From the IMG/VR virus record IMGVR_UViG_3300049166_000023, positions 1 through 26,916 of that record: a stretch of 26,916 nucleotides of DNA; one strand, given 5' to 3'. Position 1 is the first letter of the stretch. Each line of letters begins with the position of its first letter. The notes below the pieces were generated by a model. The model worked only from the letters and a program-made list of their open reading frames with translations. It ran no database searches and was not told the origin of the DNA. This document shows, piece after piece, positions 8,446-17,136 of this stretch. The translations under genes and the position numbers were made by a program. The stretch comes from a virus (taxonomy: Duplodnaviria; Caudoviricetes).

Positions 8446-9309
8446 CTATATTTCATTAGCTTCTGCCCATTCCTTATAGTTTTGATAAGAAATGTACTCT
8501 TTTGTTTCATTATCTTTTCTGATATTCGTACCACCTTCAACTACTGGTACAATATCGCATTTACAATTTGGATGAAAAGGAACGATAGGACGCATAGAAT
8601 CATTAAGATCAAATATTTGTCCATCTAATTCAGCACAATCAGCACATGTATTAGCTTCAAGAGTGGCTAACCATTGAACTTGTTGAATCCCATTCTCTTC
8701 ATAAATCTTTTCACGAGACTCAGTAATGATATGAGCAGTCTCAGTCCTTACAAGTCTTTGAGACTGATAAGCTTTACTATCAAACTGCTCATCAAACACT
8801 TTTGCAATCTTATCAAGCTTATGACCTTCACGAATTCCGCGTTCTAGATTAGTTGACAAAGCTTCTTTTAGTGCCTGTTGATTCATCCATATTCGTTCAG
8901 AATAATGAGCACCTGACCAATCATTATTAATGAACCCATCAAGTATAGAATCATTTACACGATCAAAATTAATGCCAAAACCTATATTCTGCTCTAATGT
9001 GAAAGCACTTCTATAATAAGATTGCGTAAAAGCTGCACCAATAATTGCTGTCATTGTTACAACTTCAAGAGTAGCAATATTATTTAGTTCTTCATCAACT
9101 TGCTCCTCAAACTTATCAATAACACCAGTCATATAAACTTGGTTGTAATCAATAACTCCATCTTCTGAATGATCCATATATAATTGAGCAACTAATTGTT
9201 TCAATTTATTCTTACTGTTTTTATACTGCTTTAAGACAACATCGTAATCATTATCAGATTCCCCTAATAGATCTTCTAAAATCTTTAATAAATCATCATT
9301 CAGAGCCAT
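8446..9309 (-). CDS. Minor head protein (SPP1 gp7 / Mu F-like)
   Basis: WSGAHYSERIW, RLVRTE, WLATLE.NTCADC..LDG, PFHPNCKC motifs. Confidence 0.9.
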   Translation of the reverse strand: MALNDDLLKILEDLLGESDNDYDVVLKQYKNSKNKLKQLVAQLYMDHSEDGVIDYNQVYMTGVIDKFEEQVDEELNNIATLEVVTMTAIIGAAFTQSYYRSAFTLEQNIGFGINFDRVNDSILDGFINNDWSGAHYSERIWMNQQALKEALSTNLERGIREGHKLDKIAKVFDEQFDSKAYQSQRLVRTETAHIITESREKIYEENGIQQVQWLATLEANTCADCAELDGQIFDLNDSMRPIVPFHPNCKCDIVPVVEGGTNIRKDNETKEYISYQNYKEWAEANEI

Positions 9310-10618
9310 TATTATTACCTAACATTTGTTGATTTCTATTTCTTAAATCAGCATCTAAACCAGTAGAATCTAATCCATTTTTCAATTTTTTAATTTCTAA
9401 TGAAGGTTCTTGGATCTTTGGATGCCATGAAAGGAGAGTTTCTAGGGGTACTATATTGACTAATTTAGCAATTTGATCTGTAATAGCTGCCTCATCTGCT
9501 GGGATATCTCTAGAAAATTTAAATGTAATGTCAGAAGGAATGTATTCCTTACCTTGTTTATTTAACATGGTTACAATCATACGAATACGTTTCCTTAATG
9601 CCTTTTCCATCTTACGTTCCTTCATACTGCTCTTTGTTTCAAGTCCGAAAAGGTGAAATTTAAGAGCTTGCCCACTTAGGTTACTGGAGAATTTAGAAGA
9701 AGTTAATCGAGGAGTATCTGATTGCTCATGAATTAAATGATCAAGTGTTTCGTATAAATTATTTTGAAATTCTGCATTAGCATCTTTCGTTAAAAACTTG
9801 GCTTGCCCAACATCATCCAATAAAAGTACTCCATCTTGCTTCATTTGTTCAATGTCTTCTTTTTCTGTGGCTTTATACCCTGCCAAAATTAAGTACGCAT
9901 TAACAAAACTTTCATTACTATTAATAGCATCAGAAAGTAAGGTGTTTATTGCATCTACTTGAGTAATAATTTCCTCAAAATCGCCTTGTTCTTCTTCATT
10001 GTTTAGGTAAATAGTAATTGGAACTTCACCAAAATAATGCTCAAGATCATTTTCATTTTTATCTGAAACGTATGTTTTCCCACCATCATTAGAAATAAAA
10101 TGATAAATTCCATTTTTATCATACACTTCAACTTTTATTTCCTTTGAATTATCATCTTTTTTCAATTCCCAATAACGTAAACCAAAGAGAATATTATTCT
10201 TACTATCTCTTTCTATATACATTTCGAGTGGACTGTAATGATTGAATCGTATGTTGCCATTCCTATCAATAAAGTACAGTTCATAGCATTTGCCGTATAT
10301 GGAAAATGTCTTAATAATTTCAGCGTTTGTATCTTCCTCATTATTTATATAGTTAATTATCTTTAAATCATTCAAGAAATTTTGATTACCTGATTGTGAC
10401 ACATAAGCAAGTGGCATAGATGCAAAGTACCCTAACATCGTGTTAATTATTTTCTTAGGATACAAGGTAACTACTTTATTGTTTGGCTTCTGCGGATCAG
10501 GTAATTTACGATTTAAAATTTTATGCTTTCCTATGTAATAATCAAATAATTTTTGATACCTGGGTAATTCTAATTTGTGTTTCTTAATCGCTTCTTTAAT
10601 TTGATTGCTTGTAATCAA
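9296..10618 (-). CDS. Portal protein, SPP1 gp6-like
   Basis: YYIGKHKIL, PNNKVV, HYFGEVPI..Y.NNEE..GDFE, NLSGQALKF motifs. Confidence 0.93.
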   Translation of the reverse strand: MITSNQIKEAIKKHKLELPRYQKLFDYYIGKHKILNRKLPDPQKPNNKVVTLYPKKIINTMLGYFASMPLAYVSQSGNQNFLNDLKIINYINNEEDTNAEIIKTFSIYGKCYELYFIDRNGNIRFNHYSPLEMYIERDSKNNILFGLRYWELKKDDNSKEIKVEVYDKNGIYHFISNDGGKTYVSDKNENDLEHYFGEVPITIYLNNEEEQGDFEEIITQVDAINTLLSDAINSNESFVNAYLILAGYKATEKEDIEQMKQDGVLLLDDVGQAKFLTKDANAEFQNNLYETLDHLIHEQSDTPRLTSSKFSSNLSGQALKFHLFGLETKSSMKERKMEKALRKRIRMIVTMLNKQGKEYIPSDITFKFSRDIPADEAAITDQIAKLVNIVPLETLLSWHPKIQEPSLEIKKLKNGLDSTGLDADLRNRNQQMLGNNNGSE

Positions 10619-10629
10619 TGTCTAACCTC

Positions 10630-12396
10630 CTATAGTCCTAATATTTTTCTATCTAGTGATTGAATGCGCTTATTATTAATCTTTATTTCATCTATTCTGT
10701 TTGCAAACTCAGCTAAACAATCGGCTGCGTCATCATGGAGAGTAAATTGCTGACCAGAAAAATCCATTACCTGATCTAAGAATGTCTTTTCAACTCTTTC
10801 TTCACAAAAAATAATCCTACCGTTATCCACATCAGAGACAATAGTAGAAATCTTTTCATCCTTATTCTTTCTTTGCATTTCATTAATAAAGGTAATATTT
10901 CTTTTTGCAATGGATGGATGTTTAATAATCTCATTTTCGATACGCTCAACATCTAAACCGTTATATGTATTCTTCTCAATAAATACATGCGTAAGATCCT
11001 CAAATTCTTCAAGCAACTCAATCACATGATTTATATAATGATCAAATTCATCAAACTTTCTAAGTTGTCCTTTGCGAATATATTTGAAATCATTATCAGC
11101 TAAAGAGCCAACAACAAATGCAAAGTAATCGGAACGAGTCTTATTTTTATTTTTAACACCAGCAGTATCAATCGTAAGCAATGTTTTCTTAAAGCTATGA
11201 TCTTCAATTTCTTCAATTGTTTGTGTACGATTTGACTTGAACCACTTGTCACCAATATTTTCAACGTTACACATTAGCTCTTGCATGAAAGCTAATCGTT
11301 TAGTAAAATATTTTAGCGCTAAATTATAGCAATCATACTTCTCCCAAATTGTAAGAAATTCCATACAATCTTGATTCTCAATAAAATATTGTTTAGCATC
11401 TTCTGTTGAATCTTCACGCTTATCATCAAAAAGGATATTTCTGAATTCCTGCCAATACTCATGATTATCAAAATACTCATCAACATTAAATTCTACAACA
11501 CTTCTGTGAAAGACTTTATATTCAGGATTCTTTGAGATTGAATCAATGAAATCACCTTGAGCAAGTGGAGTACCTAGAACTAAAAACTTAGTAGCTGGTT
11601 TAATCAATTTACCATTACGATAAACCGCTGCATCTCCACCTTCTTCTACTTCTTTTAGCCACTTCTGATACTTCTTTTGCTTGCTATCATCGGTTAAGAT
11701 ATCACTCTCAGCAATATAATCATCAGCTATGTAGACCATAGGACGGTAAATACCTTTAGGGGATATATAACCAGCACCACGAACAGAGGAACCAGAGGAA
11801 TAAGCCTGTATTTTAGTATCATTATCCAATTCTAATTCAAGTTTATTGACAGTACGTTTACGAGGATTAACCAAGTTTCCGAATGCGTGGACAATGTGAG
11901 GAGTTTTCAATGCTTGCTTAGTTTGATCAACAAAATTAACCGCATCTAACTCACGATTAGCGAGTACAATTGTATAACGACTTAAGCCATAGCAATGGAG
12001 ATAACAACTCAGAGCCATATCAATAATAGTTGTTTTGGCACAACCTCTAGGTAGAATGAATTCTTGCTTATCATGTTTGTGATTAATGAATATATCTTCT
12101 AATTGCTTCCATACTTCATAATGAACAGGAGCTAAAGGACGAACAACATTATTATCTTTAGGGATAAAGAAGTCCTGTAGGAAATATTGACAGAAGAATG
12201 ATAAGGAGCGTTTACCAAGAGAATATGCGAGGCTATTTTCACCAAATAGGTTCTTGTCGTGCTTAGTCATGAGAGCTTTCACTCGTGCTTTAGCTGTGCT
12301 AGAGTCTAAGCCTTTATTTTGCGTTAATTCTTTATACAAGTAATCTCTGAGTAGATTACGATTTTCAATGGTGTTAAAATTAGTTATTTTGTTCAC
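10630..12396 (-). CDS. terL: Terminase large subunit
   Basis: Walker A PRGCAKTT, Walker B YIADD, coupling motif LGTP, nuclease motifs TIDTA and HDDAAD. Confidence 0.92.
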   Translation of the reverse strand: MNKITNFNTIENRNLLRDYLYKELTQNKGLDSSTAKARVKALMTKHDKNLFGENSLAYSLGKRSLSFFCQYFLQDFFIPKDNNVVRPLAPVHYEVWKQLEDIFINHKHDKQEFILPRGCAKTTIIDMALSCYLHCYGLSRYTIVLANRELDAVNFVDQTKQALKTPHIVHAFGNLVNPRKRTVNKLELELDNDTKIQAYSSGSSVRGAGYISPKGIYRPMVYIADDYIAESDILTDDSKQKKYQKWLKEVEEGGDAAVYRNGKLIKPATKFLVLGTPLAQGDFIDSISKNPEYKVFHRSVVEFNVDEYFDNHEYWQEFRNILFDDKREDSTEDAKQYFIENQDCMEFLTIWEKYDCYNLALKYFTKRLAFMQELMCNVENIGDKWFKSNRTQTIEEIEDHSFKKTLLTIDTAGVKNKNKTRSDYFAFVVGSLADNDFKYIRKGQLRKFDEFDHYINHVIELLEEFEDLTHVFIEKNTYNGLDVERIENEIIKHPSIAKRNITFINEMQRKNKDEKISTIVSDVDNGRIIFCEERVEKTFLDQVMDFSGQQFTLHDDAADCLAEFANRIDEIKINNKRIQSLDRKILGL

Positions 12397-12445
12397 CTCC
12401 AGTTAAAGAAGATATTTAATATGAGTAAATAAAAAGAACCCATCC

Positions 12446-12934
12446 CTAAGTGGATGAGTAAGTAGTTGTTGCTTCACCTAATTTAATTTTCTTGGTTTTG
12501 CCTTTATTATCAACTATCCTCATAATTGACTTGTAATCAATTATTGTATTTGCTTCATAGTAGCTAATGCCAAGTTTTAAGGTAATGGATTTGCTTGTTC
12601 CTGCATCTAATTCAATAATTTCTGTCGGAATAATAATAGGATTCTCTAATCTCCGATTCTCAATTTGAATTGAGGTTATTGAAATCTTACGCTTACCTAT
12701 ATTGTTCAAAAGCAAATCTAGAGTGAGCATTATTTTAACATAAGCATATTCATTAGCTGCCAATGGAGTCTCTTCGAATCCTCCTCCACCGTCAGATTGG
12801 TAAGCCTTAATGTAGTAATCTTTTTTGTTGATAGTTAGTTTACCTTTATCAATGAAATAGTGCAGGAAAATGAATAAAGCAACTGGTATAAGAGCAGTGA
12901 TAAAACCCTGAATATGGTCAATTGTAATTTCCAT
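12446..12934 (-). CDS. Single-pass membrane protein with an Ig-like beta domain; moron-like
   Basis: N-terminal TM (GFITALIPVALFIFLHYFI); AGGAGG RBS gives start 12934; hairpin plus T tract at its 3' end (about 12430-12459). Confidence 0.6.
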   Translation of the reverse strand: MEITIDHIQGFITALIPVALFIFLHYFIDKGKLTINKKDYYIKAYQSDGGGGFEETPLAANEYAYVKIMLTLDLLLNNIGKRKISITSIQIENRRLENPIIIPTEIIELDAGTSKSITLKLGISYYEANTIIDYKSIMRIVDNKGKTKKIKLGEATTTYSST

Positions 12935-13068
12935 AGTACCTCCTCCTAACATGTCATGTTATCAGATTATCATATTAGAAGTCCAAACCTAGAAAATTTT
13001 ATAAAAAATTGTGTAGCTCGTTGCAGGGATATTTCAATTTCCCAAAATAGAATACCCCTACCCTATCC

Positions 13069-13104
13069 AAAAAGAAAAAGACCATCACTTATCTGTGACC
13101 GTCT
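13069..13104 (-). terminator. Terminator after the recombinase gene
   Basis: AGACGGTCAC...GTGATGGTCT-TTTCTTTTT. Confidence 0.65.
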
Positions 13105-13663
13105 ATAATACAAACGTATCTAATTCTTTTTCAATCTCTTCATCAGTAATACCAATGTAAGTTAACGTTATCTTCGGTGTACTGTGATTAAGAATGTGTT
13201 GAAGCTTTGCAACGTCCTTTGTCTGCTTATAGAACCAGTAGCCAAACGTCTTACGCATTGTATGAGTACCAATTCCTTCCTCAATATCAACCATCTCTGC
13301 TGCTTTGTTAAGCTGTCTATAAGCTTGAGTAGAACTGATAGGCTTATCACCTTTACGAGAAGGGAATAACCACTCACTATCCACTGTCTTAATATACTCT
13401 TGAATCTCATCATATATATTGCCTAGGTTTAATACTCTAGCCTTCTTTGTTTTACCTTCTTGAATAGTAACCTTTCTCTTCCTTTTAAGATCACTAACTT
13501 TAAGCTTTAACAAATCGCCTACACGTAGTCCAGTATTGATACCAATTAAGAATAATATGTAATCACGCTCATTACACCATTTCTTAAGCGACCACTTCAT
13601 GTCCTCTAATAGTTCTTTGCTTCTAATTGGCTGAACATCTTTAATTTGATTTTGTGTAGTCAT
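13103..13663 (-). CDS. Tyrosine recombinase, catalytic domain only (186 aa)
   Basis: GLRVGDLL (R), KTKK (K), HTMRKT (HxxR), LNHS (H), TLTYIG (Y). Confidence 0.92.
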   Translation of the reverse strand: MTTQNQIKDVQPIRSKELLEDMKWSLKKWCNERDYILFLIGINTGLRVGDLLKLKVSDLKRKRKVTIQEGKTKKARVLNLGNIYDEIQEYIKTVDSEWLFPSRKGDKPISSTQAYRQLNKAAEMVDIEEGIGTHTMRKTFGYWFYKQTKDVAKLQHILNHSTPKITLTYIGITDEEIEKELDTFVL

Positions 13664-13775
13664 TATTTATCACCCTTCCTTAACTCAATAGAATCAACGT
13701 TTTGAATGTACGTTTTTTTAATTAAGTTGAGTATATCATGATAAATTAGTTAAAGCTAGTAGTATCAACAAAACG

Positions 13776-13805
13776 AATGTAAGTTTTTATTTAAAAACGT
13801 ACATT
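13776..13805. promoter_or_regulatory. Candidate tyrosine recombinase core site
   Basis: AATGTAAGTTT-N8-AAACGTACATT imperfect palindrome; an extra half-site AATGTACGTTT at 13705-13715. Confidence 0.55.
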
Positions 13806-13823
13806 GGAAAAGGATAAAAAATA

Positions 13824-14249
13824 TTACTCTTCTTCCTTATCAACTTCCCACTCTTCAAACTCAGCATCAAGAATGTCTTTATCTACTTCATTAGCTACAT
13901 TCATTCCAGTATCAATATCAAGTTTGCTAGTAGGCTTACCAAGGTTTCTATTGATAAAATACTGGTATCCCTCAGCCTTCACACGTTGATTGTCTGTAGA
14001 ATCGATTAGATCCCAATACTTATGTACAGCCTCAGCTAATTTACCAGCAATCATATCCATACCAAAAACTTTTATTTCCTGTTTAAGCCTGTCTATCTCA
14101 GCCTTAAACTTTTCATCATTCTTTTCCCACGTCCACAAGGTTGTTCTATTCACTCCAACAACGCTTGCAATCTCTTGTTTTTCCATTGCTCCCTGTGCAA
14201 TTAACTGTGCTGCCATTTGCTTATTTTGTGGTAATTTATTATCTGACAT
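13824..14249 (-). CDS. Terminase small subunit-like HTH protein (phBC6A51-type)
   Basis: N-terminal HTH (QEIASVVGVNRTTLWTW), RNLGKPT motif, acidic tail; located upstream of terL. Confidence 0.75.
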   Translation of the reverse strand: MSDNKLPQNKQMAAQLIAQGAMEKQEIASVVGVNRTTLWTWEKNDEKFKAEIDRLKQEIKVFGMDMIAGKLAEAVHKYWDLIDSTDNQRVKAEGYQYFINRNLGKPTSKLDIDTGMNVANEVDKDILDAEFEEWEVDKEEE

Positions 14250-14346
14250 ATACTACTTACACCTCCCAACATTACAACATAATTCAAACACATAAATTCC
14301 TAATTCTTAAATATAAATGGAGTACAAACTTAAAGGGGGAAATACC

Positions 14347-14643
14347 TTGTCAAATGATTATAAGTTAAATGAACTAGACCTAAATTATCTTAAAGATTTA
14401 GACAAGAAGCTAAATGAAATTCAAGCTGCCGCTACTACTTATGGCACTTATCAATCAAACCAAGAACTTCTTTCTATTGTTGATCACCTATGTCGTGTAG
14501 CAGGAATGGTTACAAGCTTACAAATACAAAAGCTTGAAAAAGGCTATGTTGAAACTTATAGACCACAAGGCTATATAGATGGTAAACTCAGCATAGCTTA
14601 TAATGGTATGATGAGATACAACAAGAAAACACGTGAAGTTTAA
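14347..14643 (+). CDS. Hypothetical protein (98 aa), opposite orientation
   Basis: AGGGGG RBS with TTG start at 14347. Confidence 0.6.
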   Translation: MSNDYKLNELDLNYLKDLDKKLNEIQAAATTYGTYQSNQELLSIVDHLCRVAGMVTSLQIQKLEKGYVETYRPQGYIDGKLSIAYNGMMRYNKKTREV

Positions 14644-14649
14644 TCTCTC

Positions 14650-14811
14650 TTAGGAGAGATTTTTCTTCTCCTCACCAATCCTCTTATCAATCATCCCTAA
14701 CAAACTCTTCATCACTATCTTCTTTCCCTCTTCATCTGAGCTATCATATATCCTAACTAACTCTCTAATCTGTCGCTCAAACAAAGCTGACATATTCTTG
14801 TATTCAATCAT
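14650..14811 (-). CDS. Hypothetical protein (53 aa)
   Basis: GGAAGG RBS before MIEYKN; the longer track start overlaps a terminator. Confidence 0.55.
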   Translation of the reverse strand: MIEYKNMSALFERQIRELVRIYDSSDEEGKKIVMKSLLGMIDKRIGEEKKNLS

Positions 14812-14831
14812 TTTTAATTTCCTTCCAAAAT

Positions 14832-14854
14832 AAAAAGCACCCATTATGGATGCT
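14832..14854 (-). terminator. Terminator / direct repeat copy 1 flanking GNAT
   Basis: AAAAAGCACCCATTATGGATGCT. Confidence 0.7.
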
Positions 14855-15384
14855 TATACAATATCAAAATATTTCCACTCAATATCTCCTGATAGATATC
14901 CATCTTTTACTTTTACCGTAAAGCCATGCTTACTATAGAAATGTTTTAACTTAGCTAAATGTTCAGAATCATCAGGAGCCAAATCTCCAGTAATCAACTT
15001 TATTCCATCGTTTACAGCTAATTCTTGAAGATATCTCATAAGGATCGACCCATAACCCCTATGCTTTTTGTTCCCCATTATATCTCCAATATGTAGCCCG
15101 TTACCAAGTTTATTTGCTAATATTCTAAAATCTGCATCCCAATGTATCTTTTCACAATCCTTCAGAAATATATAGTAACTGTCTTCATCGGCAAGCTTAT
15201 AAATAATAACCCAATTTAAATTTTTGTCTTGTTCAATACCTAAAATTTTGAAATTACATGCAGAATTTGAACTAATCAACTTAATGTTTTCTCTGATAAT
15301 CTCAAACTGATCTAATTCATTTTCTAAAAGGTTTATCCTATGTTGGTAGTAATCTTCAACTTGTTTTCTTCTTGTAAATAACAT
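14854..15384 (-). CDS. GNAT family N-acetyltransferase
   Basis: LHIGDI...HRGYGSILM (acetyl-CoA motif A) and FYSKHGF (motif B). Confidence 0.8.
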   Translation of the reverse strand: MLFTRRKQVEDYYQHRINLLENELDQFEIIRENIKLISSNSACNFKILGIEQDKNLNWVIIYKLADEDSYYIFLKDCEKIHWDADFRILANKLGNGLHIGDIMGNKKHRGYGSILMRYLQELAVNDGIKLITGDLAPDDSEHLAKLKHFYSKHGFTVKVKDGYLSGDIEWKYFDIV

Positions 15385-15470
15385 ATGTCACCGCCCAATA
15401 ATTTAAGATTAATAAATTATACTGGCTTTTAAATTGAAATAGTACTTACTTTGAAATTCTCCTCCATATA

Positions 15471-15493
15471 AAAAAGCACCCTTTACGGATGCT
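15471..15493 (-). terminator. Terminator / direct repeat copy 2 flanking GNAT
   Basis: AAAAAGCACCCTTTACGGATGCT, 21/23 identical to copy 1. Confidence 0.7.
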
Positions 15494-15511
15494 CTCTTGT
15501 TTTGCACATAA

Positions 15512-15637
15512 TAAAAAAGACCCCACTCAAATTAATGAGAGAAGTCTTTTAGAATGAATCTCTAACGCATTAGAAAATCATTAAAGTTTAAATCAGACAG
15601 TTATTAGCGCACTAATAATGTCGAACGTTTATTGTTT
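15512..15637 (-). ncRNA. Candidate structured small RNA (about 125 nt) downstream of the PemK/MazF-like gene
   Basis: Own promoter, two hairpins sharing a UGCG loop, and a terminator whose G-U pairs work only on the minus strand. Confidence 0.6.
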
Positions 15638-15643
15638 AATTAA

Positions 15644-15673
15644 ATATTAACAAAATACAACTACAATTGTCAA
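15644..15673 (-). promoter_or_regulatory. SigA-type promoter for the small RNA
   Basis: TTGACA-18 nt-TAATAT with extended TGn. Confidence 0.65.
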
Positions 15674-15679
15674 TACTTT

Positions 15680-16315
15680 TTATCTGTATTCTATTCCTTC
15701 AGTTATAATATTTTTATAGTTATCTAATATTTGTTTAGTCTGCTCATTAGCTAATTGCTTACGTCCTTTATCCTTTTTTGGAAGTCTATTGATTACTTCA
15801 ATTCTTCTTGAGTGAACGTATTTTATTTGAGAAAAACTAACATAACTTTTATTAACACTCACTCCTGTAGCACTTGGTAAATTGAGGTTTTCAAAATACA
15901 AAGTGTTACTACCAAAATCTTGTACTTTAGAAGTTAAAGGGGCTACTAAAAACATCTCTCCTTTTCTTGAAAGAACTACAGCATAATGAGTATCATTAAT
16001 TTCATCAGTGAATCCAAAACCATAATGAACATTTATGATATCACCGTGCTTTAAATTGTAGGGAAAATTCTTCTTTTTAACTTTGTCTAAATCGGCTTTG
16101 ACTTTATCCTTTGATACGATTCCGTTTTTAATTTGATTTTTTAAAAATCTTTCTTCCGAGTGTTTTCTGGCACTAACAAGTTTATGTATATACCAATCTG
16201 AAACAAAAATTGCGTTTTCAGTATCTAATTTTAACAATTCACCTTTTAATGCATTTATCTTCCCTAATAATTTACCATCTATTCTCACTCTAGTATCATT
16301 TTGCATCATCTTCAT
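15680..16315 (-). CDS. PemK/MazF-like endoribonuclease with N-terminal extension
   Basis: HGDIINVHYG...E....HYAVVLS....LVAPLTS...S.V...QI..V...RI pattern. Confidence 0.78.
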   Translation of the reverse strand: MKMMQNDTRVRIDGKLLGKINALKGELLKLDTENAIFVSDWYIHKLVSARKHSEERFLKNQIKNGIVSKDKVKADLDKVKKKNFPYNLKHGDIINVHYGFGFTDEINDTHYAVVLSRKGEMFLVAPLTSKVQDFGSNTLYFENLNLPSATGVSVNKSYVSFSQIKYVHSRRIEVINRLPKKDKGRKQLANEQTKQILDNYKNIITEGIEYR

Positions 16316-16561
16316 CTCCCATCCTATCCATTATACGACAAGATAAGAGATAATTCCTACTAATCTGCTAATATTTAACTAATAAAGTAAACTCCTCTAA
16401 TCAAAGGCAATCCCCTTGCTTTTCTCCTTTAAAGAAGTGTCTAGCATTTTCCACCCTTCTTGGTAATATCCTTAATTAAGTCATCAAGTTTTTCTTCATC
16501 TCTCTTCTTTTCAACCAACACATAAACCACCTCTTTAAATATTCTCTCAGGAGTTGTTGTT

Positions 16562-16987
16562 ATGACAAATGAATATGTTCATATTGAAATCGCAATTAAG
16601 AAGGAAAATTATGAACGGTTAGTTAAAATTGTTGAATATTACAACGCTAAAACCGATCTTCTTAATAAAGATTGGGAACTTACAAGTGTAGATAAGCTCA
16701 TTAAAGGTTCTATAATAAAACAAATTGAAGAAATAGAAACAATCTTGAAGCCAGTAATTCTAAAAGATGATGAACTCAATAATGAGGGAAAGTTAAAAAA
16801 CAGCCTTCAACAAATCATTAAAGACAATGGTTTACGACAAACTGATATTACCGAGTTGACTGGAATAGCTAAAACAACGTTGAGCGGTATTCTCAATAAC
16901 CGAAATCAACCATCATTAGATCACTTTTTACGAATTTGGTCTGTGTTGGGATTTCCAGATATTAGAAGGTGCTTCTATAGAGAATGA
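16562..16987 (+). CDS. Transcriptional regulator with C-terminal XRE/Cro-C1 HTH
   Basis: LRQTDITELTGIAKTTLSGILNNRNQPSL; AGGAG RBS. Confidence 0.8.
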   Translation: MTNEYVHIEIAIKKENYERLVKIVEYYNAKTDLLNKDWELTSVDKLIKGSIIKQIEEIETILKPVILKDDELNNEGKLKNSLQQIIKDNGLRQTDITELTGIAKTTLSGILNNRNQPSLDHFLRIWSVLGFPDIRRCFYRE

Positions 16988-17031
16988 TTTATTCTATATA
17001 CTATTCACTAGTTAATAATTTTATTTGTAAG

Positions 17032-17104
17032 TGGACTTAGAGGGAATTGAACCTCCATCACACCAGTTATGAGCTGGTTGCTTTACCTATTAAGCTATAA
17101 GTCC
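17032..17104 (-). tRNA. tRNA with CAU anticodon (Ile2-like or Met), CCA not encoded
   Basis: Cloverleaf: acceptor GGACTTA/TAAGTCC, D stem GCTT/AAGC, anticodon stem ACCAG/CTGGT with loop CTCATAA, T loop TTCAATT. The T stem has one G-U pair and one A-C mismatch. Confidence 0.9.
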
Positions 17105-17134
17105 AAAAAGAAAAAGCTAAGCATCACGCTTAAC
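17105..17134 (-). terminator. Terminator-like hairpin directly upstream of the tRNA
   Basis: GTTAAGCG-TGA-TGCTTAGC-TTTTTCTTTTT. Confidence 0.55.
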
Positions 17135-17136
17135 CG

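Noticed and set aside
13103-13663. Recombinase as the prophage integrase
   Set aside because: It lacks the N-terminal arm-binding and core-binding domains and lies inside the packaging module rather than at an end
1762-14249. Classification as a standard PICI or cf-PICI
   Set aside because: It encodes tail tube, chaperones and TMP, uses an SPP1-type portal with scaffold, and shows no primase-helicase or integrase module
17032-17104. tRNA as the integration site
   Set aside because: It is internal to the element and no duplicated 3' end was seen in the window
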